Counted from the first letter of the stretch, positions 51,295 to 61,787 are shown. The stretch is DNA of 64,000 nt from Candidatus Marinacidobacterium sp. (GCA_965220965.1 OZ244852.1:672001-736000); one strand, 5' to 3'. Program-made: numbers and translations. The notes: generated by a model not told the origin, from the letters alone.

Positions 51295-52305
51295 TCAGGG
51301 AATGCGCAGCGCGATCTTGCCGAAGTGGCCGCCCCGCTCCATGAGGTCCAGCGCGGCGGGCAGTTCGTCGAGCGGGAAGACCCGGTCCACCACCGGGCGG
51401 AGCGAGCGCTTCTCCACGAAGGCGACGAGGTCCCGTAGCGCGCGGCGGCAGTCGGTCATGACGCCGGCGATGCGAATACGCCGCATCACCGCGGGCGCGA
51501 ACTCGACCGGGGCGGCGAGCCCGGTGAGGGCGCCCAGGAGCGCGACCGTCCCTCCGGCGGCGGTCGCCCGCAGCGACTGGCTGAGCGTCCCCGCGCCGCC
51601 GTTCTCGACGACCAGATCCGCTCCGGCGCCTCCGGTCAGCGTCCGCACCGTCCGGTCCCAGTCCGCGTCCTCGATGCGGTGGATCCCGTGGTCGGCGCCG
51701 AGCTGTTTCGCGCGCTCCAGCTTCTGGCCCGAGGAGGAGGTGATGATCACGCGGGCGCCGAGCGCCTTGCCGAGCTGGAGAGCGAAGACCGAGACGCCTC
51801 CCGTCCCGAGCGTCAGGACCGTCTCGCCCTCCCGCACCGGGCCCTCGGTCACCAGCGCGCTCCACGCGGTGAGCGCGGCGATCGGCAGCGTGGACGCCTC
51901 CTCGTGGCTCCAGCCCGCCGGGGCCCTGACGACCGCCGCCTCCGGGAGCGCGACCTGCTCCTGTCCCATCCCGGGGCCGGGCCCGCCGAGCGTGGCCCGC
52001 GCATACTCGCGCCGGAAGCGTCCGTCTTCCCACCCCACGACCGGATGGGTGATCACGCGGTCCCCGGGGCCAAACCCCCGGACCTCCTCACCCACGGCGA
52101 CGACCTCCCCGGCGCCGTCGCTGACCGGGACCTGGGGCAGGGGAAGGCGGGGGTTGTAGCGCCCCGAGAGGATCAGGAGATCCCGGTAGTTCAGCGAGGC
52201 GGCGCCCAGCCGCACCACGACCTCGCCGGGCCCGGGACGGGGCGGATCCACCTCCTCGAGGCGGAGGTTCTCGCCTCCGAAACGGTCGAACGCCCAGCGC
52301 TTCAC
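51295..52305 (-). CDS. MDR-family NAD(P)-dependent oxidoreductase
   Basis: ASLNYRD, SDGAGEV, LPIAALTAW, GTGGVS, HFGKI. Confidence 0.88.
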   Translation of the reverse strand: MKRWAFDRFGGENLRLEEVDPPRPGPGEVVVRLGAASLNYRDLLILSGRYNPRLPLPQVPVSDGAGEVVAVGEEVRGFGPGDRVITHPVVGWEDGRFRREYARATLGGPGPGMGQEQVALPEAAVVRAPAGWSHEEASTLPIAALTAWSALVTEGPVREGETVLTLGTGGVSVFALQLGKALGARVIITSSSGQKLERAKQLGADHGIHRIEDADWDRTVRTLTGGAGADLVVENGGAGTLSQSLRATAAGGTVALLGALTGLAAPVEFAPAVMRRIRIAGVMTDCRRALRDLVAFVEKRSLRPVVDRVFPLDELPAALDLMERGGHFGKIALRIP

Positions 52306-52395
52306 AGCGCAAATCCTAAGGCGGTTTCGTTGCGGCGCCCGGGGGCGCCGCCACGGCGTCATATCGCCTTCAGGCTGCTACAGTGTCGGATTCGT

Positions 52396-52851
52396 ATGCC
52401 CGAAGGCACGCTGTTCGACCGGATCATCCGCGGCGACATCCCCAGCCACCGGGTCTACGAGGACGATCTGGTGTTCGCATTCCTGGATATCGCGCCGCTC
52501 TCCGCGGGTCACCTGCTCGTCGTGCCGAAGGAGAGCCGGGCGACGCTGGGAGAGCTCTCCGACGAGTCGGCGGCGGCGGTCGGCCGGGCGCTCCCCCGGA
52601 TCTGCCGCGCCGCGGCCGCGGCGGCCGGGACCCCGCACTCCAACGTGCTCCAGAACAACGGCGCGCCCGCCGGACAGACCGTGCCGCATGTCCACTTCCA
52701 TGTGATTCCCCGCGCCGGCGGCGCGAGCGGCCCCGGTTCCGGACTCGCGACGAACTGGCGACCGGGCTCGCTGGGCGCCGCGGACGGCGAGCGGATCGCG
52801 GCGGCGATCCGGGAGGCGCTCGCCGCAGAAGGGGAGGCCGACCGCGCCTGA
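52396..52851 (+). CDS. HIT family protein
   Basis: LFDRIIRGDIP, AFLDIAP, GQTVPHVHFHVIPR histidine triad. Confidence 0.92.
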   Translation: MPEGTLFDRIIRGDIPSHRVYEDDLVFAFLDIAPLSAGHLLVVPKESRATLGELSDESAAAVGRALPRICRAAAAAAGTPHSNVLQNNGAPAGQTVPHVHFHVIPRAGGASGPGSGLATNWRPGSLGAADGERIAAAIREALAAEGEADRA

Positions 52852-52913
52852 GGGCCCGGCGGCCGCGCAAGCGAACCCACGGAGCCTTCGAGGGCCGACC
52901 CGAAACCCCCGAC

Positions 52914-54650
52914 ATGAAGAGCCCGAAGACCCGCACCGGGGCCCAGATCATCTGGGAGACGCTCCTCGAGGAGGGGGTCGACACCGTCTTCGGGTATCCG
53001 GGGGGCGCCATCCTGCCCGCCTACGACGCGCTGCTCGACTACCCGATCCGCCACGTCCTGGTGCGCCACGAGCAGGGCGCCACCCACATGGCCGACGGGT
53101 TCGCCCGCGCCACCGGAGGCCTCGGGGTGGCGGTCGCCACCTCGGGGCCGGGCGCGACCAACATGGTGACCGGGATCGCCACCGCGATGCTGGACTCGTC
53201 GCCCATCCTCTGCGTCACCGGCCAGGTCGGGAGCGGGCTCATCGGAACGGACGCCTTCCAGGAGACGGACGTGACCGGCGTCACCCTGCCGATCACGAAG
53301 CACAACTACCTGGTCACCGATGTGGACGACATCGCCCCGGCGCTCCACGAGGCGGCCTATGTGGCCCGCTCCGGCCGGCCGGGCCCGGTCCTGGTGGACA
53401 TCACCAAGGACGCCCAGCAGGCGTCCACCGACGGAAAGTGGGACCGGGGGGCGATCGAGCTTCCCGGGTACCGCCCGCACGAGGCGCCCCCGGAGTCCGC
53501 CCTGCGCGACGCCGCGCGCCTGCTGAACGAGGCTGAGCGGCCGGTCATCCTCGCGGGCCACGGGATCCTCATCTCGGGGGCGATGCGGCAGGTCCGGGAC
53601 CTCGCCGAGCGGGGACAGATCCCGATCGCCATGACGCTGCTCGGGATCGGGGCGATCCCGGCCGAGCACCGCCTCAACATGGGCATGATGGGGATGCACG
53701 GGGAGTCCTGGGTGAACCGGGCCATCCAGGAGGCCGACCTTCTCCTGGCGCTCGGGATGCGCTTCGACGACCGCGTCACCGGTCGCCTCGCGACCTACGC
53801 CCCGAAGGCGCGCAAGATCCACATCGACATCGACCCCGCCGAGTTCCACAAGAACGTGCGGGTGGACATCGCGCTCGCCGGCGACCTCGGGGTCGTCCTC
53901 GCCGGCCTCGGCCCGCGAGTGGAGTCGCGGGACCGGTCGTCCTGGCTCGGGGAGATCGCGGAATTCCGCGGGGACCACGCGGTCCGCGACATCCAGCATC
54001 TGCCCGACAGCGGCCGGCTCTACGCGGCGCATGTCATCCACGACATCTGGAGGCTGACCGGCGGTCGGGCGGTGGTGGCCACCGACGTTGGCCAGCATCA
54101 GATGTGGGAGGCCCAGTACTACCGGCACAACGAGCCGCGTTCGCTGATCACCTCCGGGGGCCTCGGAACGATGGGGTTCGCGCTCCCGGCGGCGATCGGG
54201 GCCAAGGTGGCCCGGCCGGACGACGAGGTCTGGGTGATCGCCGGAGACGGCGGTTTCCAGATGACGATGTGCGAGCTCGCGACGATCGCGCAGGAGCGGC
54301 TCAAGCTGAACATCGCCATCATCAACAACGGCTATCTGGGCATGGTGCGTCAGTGGCAGGAGTTCTTCTACGACCGCCGCTACGCCGGCACGCCGTTGCT
54401 GAGCCCGGATTTCGCCGCCCTCGCCCGGTCCTTCGGCCTCGGCGGCGAAGTCGTCACGACGCGCGGGGGGGTGGAGGACGCGGTCCAGCGCGCCCGCGCC
54501 GAGGAGCGAACGGTCGTCCTCGAGTTCCAGGTGGAGAAGGAGGACACGGTGTATCCGATGGTTCCCACCGGCGCGCCCCTCCAGGAGATGATCCGCCGTC
54601 CCAAACGCGACTCCGAGGACGCTCCGGCCCCGGCCGGGGTCGAATGGTGA
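52914..54650 (+). CDS. ilvB: acetolactate synthase large subunit
   Basis: FGYPGGA, RHEQGA, TSGPGATN, RFDDRVTG, DVGQHQMW, GDGGFQM..NN, MVRQWQ. Confidence 0.95.
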   Translation: MKSPKTRTGAQIIWETLLEEGVDTVFGYPGGAILPAYDALLDYPIRHVLVRHEQGATHMADGFARATGGLGVAVATSGPGATNMVTGIATAMLDSSPILCVTGQVGSGLIGTDAFQETDVTGVTLPITKHNYLVTDVDDIAPALHEAAYVARSGRPGPVLVDITKDAQQASTDGKWDRGAIELPGYRPHEAPPESALRDAARLLNEAERPVILAGHGILISGAMRQVRDLAERGQIPIAMTLLGIGAIPAEHRLNMGMMGMHGESWVNRAIQEADLLLALGMRFDDRVTGRLATYAPKARKIHIDIDPAEFHKNVRVDIALAGDLGVVLAGLGPRVESRDRSSWLGEIAEFRGDHAVRDIQHLPDSGRLYAAHVIHDIWRLTGGRAVVATDVGQHQMWEAQYYRHNEPRSLITSGGLGTMGFALPAAIGAKVARPDDEVWVIAGDGGFQMTMCELATIAQERLKLNIAIINNGYLGMVRQWQEFFYDRRYAGTPLLSPDFAALARSFGLGGEVVTTRGGVEDAVQRARAEERTVVLEFQVEKEDTVYPMVPTGAPLQEMIRRPKRDSEDAPAPAGVEW

Positions 54651-54657
54651 CGGCCTT

Positions 54658-55248
54658 TTGAGCGCGGCCCGCGAGGAAGCGGTCGCCGAGCGCATCTTCG
54701 CGCTGTGGGTGGAGGACCTCCCGGGGGTCCTGAACCGCATCACGTCGCTCTTCCGGCGTCGCGGCTTCAACATCGAGTCGCTGTCGGTGGGGCGGGCGCG
54801 CGAACCCGGCGTGTCCCGGATGACGATCGTGGTCCGGTGCGACCCGACAACGGCGCGCCGCCTCGCCGTCCAGGTCTCCCGGCTGGTCAACGTGCTTCGC
54901 TGCGACGAGATCACCGAGACCCCTTCGATCCAGCACGAACTCGCGATGTTCAAGGTGTCGGCGACGCCCGAGGAGCGCACCCAGGTGATCCAGCTCGCCA
55001 CCGCCACCGGGGCCCGCATCGTGGACGTGGCGCTCGAGTCGGTCGTGATCGAGGCCACCGCCTCCCCCAGGAAGATCGACGGCATTGCGGAGGTCCTCCG
55101 CCCCTACGGCATTCTGGAGCAGGTCCGCACCGGACTCGTGGGCATGGCGCGAAGCGCCGCCAGCGTCATGTCGGAGCCCGGGCCGCGGCATGTCGCGCGG
55201 CGTCGACGCGCGGCCTCCGGACCGCCCGACGGCTCCGGTTCCGTCTGA
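54658..55248 (+). CDS. ilvN: acetolactate synthase small subunit
   Basis: [30 protein letters not shown]. Confidence 0.93.
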   Translation: MSAAREEAVAERIFALWVEDLPGVLNRITSLFRRRGFNIESLSVGRAREPGVSRMTIVVRCDPTTARRLAVQVSRLVNVLRCDEITETPSIQHELAMFKVSATPEERTQVIQLATATGARIVDVALESVVIEATASPRKIDGIAEVLRPYGILEQVRTGLVGMARSAASVMSEPGPRHVARRRRAASGPPDGSGSV

Positions 55249-55280
55249 TCGCAAACTCTCCCGCGAAAGGAGACAACTCC

Positions 55281-56294
<1,014 letters not shown>

Positions 56295-56356
56295 GCGGGG
56301 CGCGGACGCCGCGGCGCCCCGTACCATTCCCGGTTCTCCGCTGGAGGAGGTTGTTC

Positions 56357-58978
56357 ATGGTCCGAGCCGCTCTGCTGTCCCTGCTGATCGCTGCGCCGGG
56401 GGCTTTCGCCGCCGCCGCGCAGGCGCAAGAGATCCCGGCGCCCGCCGAGGCTCTCGGTTTCGAGCCGGGCGACGACTACAAGCTGGCGCTGTGGGACGAG
56501 CTCCTGTCCTACTACCGCGATCTGGCGGCGGCGAGCGACCGCGTCGAGTTGCGCCAGATCGGCGAGACGGTGCTCGGCAAGCCGCTCATCATGCTGTTCG
56601 TCTCCTCGCCGGAGAATCTGGCCCGCCTCGACGAACACCGCGCCAACGCCCAGGCCATGGCGCAGGCCGACATCTCCGAGGCGGAGGCGCTTCGCATCTC
56701 GCGGGAAGGCAAGGCGATCGTCTGGATCGACGCCGGCCTCCACGCCACCGAGGTGGCCCCGGCCCAGATGATGCCGCTCCTCGCCCATCGCATGGCCACC
56801 GAGGAATCGGACGAGATGGATGCGATCCGGGACCGCGTCATCACGATCCTGATGCCCTGCATGAATCCCGACGGGCTCGACATCGTGGCCTCCTGGTACC
56901 AGCGCAACCTGGGAACGCCCTTCGAGACGACGCGGCCTCCCGAGCTTTACCACCACTACGTGGGCCACGACAACAACCGCGACTGGTTCATGAACAACAT
57001 GCCCGAGACGGCCGCCGTCAGCCGCGTGCTCTACCACGAGTGGTTCCCGCAGATCGTCTACAACCACCACCAGACCGGGCCGGCGTGGGCGCGGATCTTC
57101 ATTCCGCCCTTCGCCGACCCGGTGAACCCGAGGATCCATCCCGGGGTGACGACTTCGGTGAACCTGATCGGATCGGCGATGGCGAACCGGTTCGCCATGA
57201 AGCGGATGCCCGGGGCCGTCTCCGACATGATCTATTCCATGTGGTGGAACGGTGGGATGCGCACGGTCCCCTACTTCCACAACATGATCGGCCTGCTCAC
57301 CGAGACCTCGCACGCCTCGGCGAGTCCCCGGATCTACGACCCGGCGGATCGTCCGGCTTTCGTCGGCAATCCCCGCAGGGGACAGGCGGCGCCCACGAAT
57401 GGCACGGATGTGTTCTACCCCTATCCGTGGGAAGGGGGTGAGTCACCCTTCTCCGATCCGATCCGGTACACGCTGACCGCATCGATGGCGGTCCTCGATG
57501 TGGCCGCCGACCTTCGCGAAAAGTGGCTGTTCGACATCTGGCGGATGGGGCGCGACGCCATCGAGAACAGCGACAACGACTGGATCGCGCCGGCCGGGCA
57601 GTGGGATCCGGGCGAGACGGCCGCGCTGATCAACGTTCTCCTCGAGGGCGGCGTCCGGGTCGAGCGGGCCACCAGGGAGTTCGAGGTGGACGGGGTCTCC
57701 TACGACGCCGGCTCCTACATCGTCCCCGGCGCGCAGGCGTTCCGCGCCTACGCCGAGGACCTGCTCGAGGAACAGGCCTACCCGGATCGGCGGCGCACGC
57801 CCGATGGCCCCCCGGATCCCCCCTACGACCTCGCCGGGTGGACGCTGCCGATGCAGATGGGCGTGCGGGTGGATCGCGTCCCGTCCATCGAGGTTCCCTC
57901 CGAGCCGGTCAACGGCCCGGTCCGGGCCCCGGCGGGCGAGGTGGACGTCGGGCGGTTCGGCTATGCGATCTCGCATGCGCCGAACGCGGCGGTCATCGCC
58001 CAGAACCGGCTTCTGGCCGCCGGCGCCGATGTCGCCTGGGCCCGGGAGTCCTTCTCCTCCCAGGGGCGCGACTTCCCCGCCGGAACGCTTGTCGTCCCGC
58101 GATCGGACCCGGCCGACGCCGCCATGGAGGGGATCGGATCCGAGCTGGGACTGGATGTCGCGGGCCTCGATGAGGCCCCCGCCGTCGAGCTGTATTCCCT
58201 CGCTCCCACCCGGGTGGGGCTCTACAAGTCGTGGGTGGCGAGCATGGACGAGGGCTGGACCCGGTGGCTGCTCGAGAACTACGAATACGACCTCACGAAC
58301 CTCTCGGATGACGATGTGCGAAGCGGCGACCTGTCCCGCCTCGACGTGATCGTGCTGCCGCATCAGTCGCCGCAGGAGATCCTTCAGGGCCACGCCCCGG
58401 GGACGATGCCCGCCGAGTACACCGGCGGCGTCGGACTCGAGGGCGCTCTCGCGCTTCACCGGTTCGTCGAGGAAGGCGGCACGCTGGTGGCGCTCGACCA
58501 GGCCAGCGACTTCGTGATTTCCCAGTTCGGACTGCCCCTCCGGAACGTCACCGCGTCGCTGTCCGAGAACCGCTTCTTCATCCCCGGTTCGCTGATCCGC
58601 GCGGTCGTGGACACTGGCCATCCGCTCGCCTTCGGGATGCGGGATGAGGTCGCGACCCAGTTCGTCCGCAGCCGCGCCTTCGACGTCGCATCGCTTCCGC
58701 GCCGCCGCGAGGGAGGGGAGGAAACGACGGTCGAGCCGCCCCCTCCGAACGTGGAGGTCATCGCCCGTTACGCCGAGAAGGATCTGCTCATGAGCGGCTG
58801 GGCGTTCGGGGAGGAAAGCGCCATCGGCGGCAAGATCGCCATGGCGCGCGTCCCCGTCGGCGCCGGGGAGGTCGTCCTCTTCGGCTTCCGCCCCCAGTTC
58901 CGCGGGCAGCCGCGCGGCACCTACAAGCTGCTGCTCAACGCGCTGAACGGCGCCACCGTCGAGGACTTCGGTCGCTGA
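56357..58978 (+). CDS. secreted M14 zinc carboxypeptidase family protein
   Basis: GGAGGAGG SD; signal peptide; GLHATE (HxxE), NPDG, DNNRD, NHHQ; C-terminal DEGWTRW domain. Confidence 0.88.
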   Translation: MVRAALLSLLIAAPGAFAAAAQAQEIPAPAEALGFEPGDDYKLALWDELLSYYRDLAAASDRVELRQIGETVLGKPLIMLFVSSPENLARLDEHRANAQAMAQADISEAEALRISREGKAIVWIDAGLHATEVAPAQMMPLLAHRMATEESDEMDAIRDRVITILMPCMNPDGLDIVASWYQRNLGTPFETTRPPELYHHYVGHDNNRDWFMNNMPETAAVSRVLYHEWFPQIVYNHHQTGPAWARIFIPPFADPVNPRIHPGVTTSVNLIGSAMANRFAMKRMPGAVSDMIYSMWWNGGMRTVPYFHNMIGLLTETSHASASPRIYDPADRPAFVGNPRRGQAAPTNGTDVFYPYPWEGGESPFSDPIRYTLTASMAVLDVAADLREKWLFDIWRMGRDAIENSDNDWIAPAGQWDPGETAALINVLLEGGVRVERATREFEVDGVSYDAGSYIVPGAQAFRAYAEDLLEEQAYPDRRRTPDGPPDPPYDLAGWTLPMQMGVRVDRVPSIEVPSEPVNGPVRAPAGEVDVGRFGYAISHAPNAAVIAQNRLLAAGADVAWARESFSSQGRDFPAGTLVVPRSDPADAAMEGIGSELGLDVAGLDEAPAVELYSLAPTRVGLYKSWVASMDEGWTRWLLENYEYDLTNLSDDDVRSGDLSRLDVIVLPHQSPQEILQGHAPGTMPAEYTGGVGLEGALALHRFVEEGGTLVALDQASDFVISQFGLPLRNVTASLSENRFFIPGSLIRAVVDTGHPLAFGMRDEVATQFVRSRAFDVASLPRRREGGEETTVEPPPPNVEVIARYAEKDLLMSGWAFGEESAIGGKIAMARVPVGAGEVVLFGFRPQFRGQPRGTYKLLLNALNGATVEDFGR

Positions 58979-59015
58979 GCCGGGCGGCGCTCCGGAGCGG
59001 TGTGGCGGTGTCGGG

Positions 59016-59738
59016 ATGACGCCCGTCACCCCGGCGCTGTTCGACTTCCTGCGCGATCTGGCGGCGAACAACGAGCGGGCCTGGTTCCAGGCGAACCGGG
59101 ACCGTTACGAGGCGGATGTCGTCCGCCCGATGCTCGATTTCGTGGCGGCCTTCGCCGCGCCGCTGGCCGAGATCAGCCCCCACTTCCGCGCTGACCCGAG
59201 GCGGAATGGCGGGTCCATGTTCCGGATCCACCGGGACGTGCGCTTCGCCCGGGACAAGTCGCCCTACAAGACGAATGTCGGGGCGCAGTTCCGCCATGCG
59301 ATGGGGAAGGATGTCCACGCCCCCGCCTTCTACCTCCATCTGGCGCCCGGCGAGTGCTTCGCCGCCGCGGGCGTCTGGCGGCCCGACTCCGGCGCCTTGG
59401 GGCGGATCCGCGACGCCCTGGTGGAACGACCGGCGACCTGGACGCGTATCGTCAGCGCCCCGGCGTTCCGGAGCACGCTGCGGCTGGCGGGCGAGTCCCT
59501 GAAGCGCGCTCCGAGGGGATACGACCCGGCGCACCCGCTCGTTTCCGACCTGAAGCGCAAGGACTTCGTGGCGGTCGCCGATCTTCTGGAGGAGGATGTC
59601 GTGCGGAGCGGCTTCCTCGAGGAGTTCGCCCGGATCGCCCGCGCCGCCGCTCCATTCATGGCGTTCCTCTGCCAGGCGATCGGCGTCCCGTTCGGGTCCG
59701 ATGACCCGCCGCCCACGGGCGCCGAGGTCGACTGCTAG
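59016..59738 (+). CDS. DUF2461 family protein
   Basis: FLRDLAANNERAWF, FRIHRDVRFARDKSPYK, LKRAPRGY, LKRK. Confidence 0.88.
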   Translation: MTPVTPALFDFLRDLAANNERAWFQANRDRYEADVVRPMLDFVAAFAAPLAEISPHFRADPRRNGGSMFRIHRDVRFARDKSPYKTNVGAQFRHAMGKDVHAPAFYLHLAPGECFAAAGVWRPDSGALGRIRDALVERPATWTRIVSAPAFRSTLRLAGESLKRAPRGYDPAHPLVSDLKRKDFVAVADLLEEDVVRSGFLEEFARIARAAAPFMAFLCQAIGVPFGSDDPPPTGAEVDC

Positions 59739-59752
59739 AATCCGCGCCGCTC

Positions 59753-60025
59753 ATGTCGCGCACCTGCCCGCTGACCGGAAAGCGTCCCCTCGCGGGGAAC
59801 TCGATCAGCCACGCCCACAACAAGAACCGGCGGCGCCAGCTTCCCAACCTGCAGTGGAAGTCGGTGTGGGTTCCGGAGCTGGGGCGCACCGTCCGGCTTC
59901 GGCTGAGCACGCGCGCGCTGCGCACCATCGACAAGAAGGGTCTCGTTCCGTACCTGCGGGGCGAGGGGCTGCGGCTGAAGGATGTCCTTCCTCCCCGCGC
60001 CCACGCCCGCAACGTCTCCATCTGA
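59753..60025 (+). CDS. rpmB: 50S ribosomal protein L28
   Basis: MSRTCPLTGK..GNSISHAHNK..PNLQ..LRTIDKKG. Confidence 0.95.
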   Translation: MSRTCPLTGKRPLAGNSISHAHNKNRRRQLPNLQWKSVWVPELGRTVRLRLSTRALRTIDKKGLVPYLRGEGLRLKDVLPPRAHARNVSI

Positions 60026-60112
60026 GCGCCGCCTCGCGCCTGGCCGCGGGACCCCGCGAACCGCCGGGTTCGAGCGGCCGGGAACCAGGCCTCCGCTGGT
60101 ATCCTTGAATCG

Positions 60113-60469
60113 ATGAGTCTTGTCGGCCGGGCTCTCGGAACCGCCGCGCCGTTCGTCCCCGCCAGAGAGATCGACGAGGTCCTCGCGGACCCGAAGGTGC
60201 TGCTCCTCGATGTGCGCACCGCACGCGAGCTGCACGAGGCGGGCACGATTCCCGGCGCGGTGCACGTTCATCTGGGTGAGCTCGCGGACCGGCTCGAGGA
60301 GCTGCCGCGCGACCGCCCGGTCCTGACCACCTGAATGGTGGGACCCCGGGCTGCGCGGGCCGCAGCCATCCTGGAACGCGCCGGGTTCGAGGTCGTCGGA
60401 TTCTCCGGCCTGGTCAAGTACACCGGTGAGCGCGAGTACCGCGCGATGGAAAACGAAGGAGGTTCGTGA
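60113..60469 (+). CDS. rhodanese-like protein, putative selenoprotein (TGA 60332-60334 = Sec74)
   Basis: LLDVRT..GTIPGA..LPRDRPVLTT-[TGA]-MVGPRAARAAAILERAGF; the rhodanese fold continues past the TGA at the catalytic Cys position. Confidence 0.85.
60349..60367 (+). promoter_or_regulatory. putative bacterial SECIS hairpin 1
   Basis: GGCTGCG-CGGGC-CGCAGCC, 7-bp stem with loop at +22..+26 after the TGA. Confidence 0.65.
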
Positions 60470-60912
60470 TGGAACAACGCGGAACACGGGTCGGGCTCGT
60501 TCCGATCACCGCCATGCTCGCCGGGCTGGCGCTCGGGGCGTGCGGAACCGGGGGCGGCGAGACCGCCGGCGGCGAGAGCGCCGGCGGGAGCGCGGAGCCT
60601 GCCGAGGCGGCGCCCCGGGTGGAGGCCGCCGACATCGACGCGGCGCTCGCGAACGGAGCGCTCCTGCTCGACGTGCGCACTTCCGAGGAACTCGCGGAGC
60701 ACGGCACGATCGACGGCTTCGTCCACATCCCGATCGACGAACTGGAGGCGAGGATCGGTGAACTCCCCACGGGAGTTCCCATCCTCACTGCTTGACAGGG
60801 TGGCGGAAGAGCCGCGCGTGCCGCGGAGCTGCTCACTGCGAATGGATACGAGGTCGTGGGTTTCTGCGGTCTCCGTGACTACGAGGGCGAGAGGGTCTAT
60901 CCGGGAAGCTGA
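60469..60912 (+). CDS. rhodanese-like lipoprotein, putative selenoprotein (TGA 60793-60795 = Sec109)
   Basis: GAAGGAGGT SD; lipobox LGAC; LLDVRT..LPTGVPILTA-[TGA]-QGGGRAARAAELLTANGYEVVGFCG. Confidence 0.85.
60812..60826 (+). promoter_or_regulatory. putative bacterial SECIS hairpin 2
   Basis: CCGCG-CGTGC-CGCGG, loop at +22..+26 after the TGA, same register as hairpin 1. Confidence 0.6.
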
Positions 60913-60962
60913 CCGGACGGACTGAACCGGGACACCCGCCCCGGGCCTCGGGCCTGAGGCAC

Positions 60963-60991
60963 ACCGCTCCCGCCTTCGGGAGCGGTTTGTT
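60963..60991 (+). terminator. putative intrinsic terminator after the rhodanese pair
   Basis: ACCGCTCCCG-CCTT-CGGGAGCGGT followed by TTGTT. Confidence 0.65.
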
Positions 60992-61112
60992 CGGGCCGGC
61001 TTCGAGAAGTTCGCCGGACACGCGATCGCCGGGCTTCTGTGACCCTGGCGATCCCGCGGGTAGCGTCCCGGGTTCACCGAACGCGCGGAATCCGTTGACC
61101 CGAGGCCACGAG

Positions 61113-61592
61113 ATGAAGACCTTCGGCGGCTTCCAGCGTCGCTTTGTTCGTTTTCTGGAACGGGCGACCGATGTCAGCAGCTTTACCGAACTGGCTACCA
61201 CCGAGCGGGCGTCCGCCGGTGTTTCGCACCGGTTGGACTACCTCAGGCAGAGCGACCCCTGCGACGCCGACTGGGTGGTCTTCCAGAGGGCTCCTGACGG
61301 CGAAGAAGTGCGCTGGATCGTGGTGACAAGAAAGAGCGACTGTCTCGAAGACAAAGACGACGACGCTCTCCATGACTGGTGTCGCCAGGCCAGGCGGGTC
61401 ACGGCGGAGGAGTGGCGTTTCACTCGGATCAACAAGATCGACTTCGATGCGGTCGAGGCGCAAGCGGAGACGTTCGGCGACCTCTTCGCGCATTGCTGGA
61501 TGCGGGAAGCGCGCCGCCTCCGGGAGGAACTCGGGATCGCCCCGATGACGCACGAGGAGATCAGGGCGGCCATCGAGGAGGGGAGAGAGTGA
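61113..61592 (+). CDS. hypothetical protein resembling a degenerate type III restriction Res C-terminal domain
   Basis: FQRRFVRFLERATDV, LDYL, DWVVFQ..DGE..WIVVTRK, WC, WRFTRI..FD; visibly more AT-rich than the flanks. Confidence 0.5.
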   Translation: MKTFGGFQRRFVRFLERATDVSSFTELATTERASAGVSHRLDYLRQSDPCDADWVVFQRAPDGEEVRWIVVTRKSDCLEDKDDDALHDWCRQARRVTAEEWRFTRINKIDFDAVEAQAETFGDLFAHCWMREARRLREELGIAPMTHEEIRAAIEEGRE

Positions 61593-61736
61593 AGCTGGCG
61601 TCCTGGTCGCTCTCGGCGCCCTCGTGGTCGTCCCGGGAGACCTGACGGGGAGCCAGGGCGGAACAGGAGCGGGAGTTCCGTTCCTGATCGGGCCGGGGTG
61701 GACGGTGCGCCCCTCGACGCTGACCCCCGTACAGCG

Positions 61737-61768
61737 AAAACCCCCGGGGCGCGAACGCCCCGGGGGTT
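61737..61768 (-). terminator. intrinsic terminator for the minus-strand aminotransferase genes
   Basis: Minus strand AACCCCCGGGGCG-TTCG-CGCCCCGGGGGTT then TT, about 20 nt past the stop at 61788. Confidence 0.8.
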
Positions 61769-61787
61769 CCGTCGGCGGAGTGTCGGG

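Noticed and set aside
52852-52913. ilv attenuator leader peptide
   Set aside because: No Leu/Val/Ile-rich mini-ORF or U-tailed terminator in the 62-nt gap.
60113-60912. Two nonsense pseudogenes, or genome-wide TGA reassignment
   Set aside because: The same codon at the same catalytic column in diverged paralogs with conserved downstream frames argues against decay; TGA ends many intact genes in the window.
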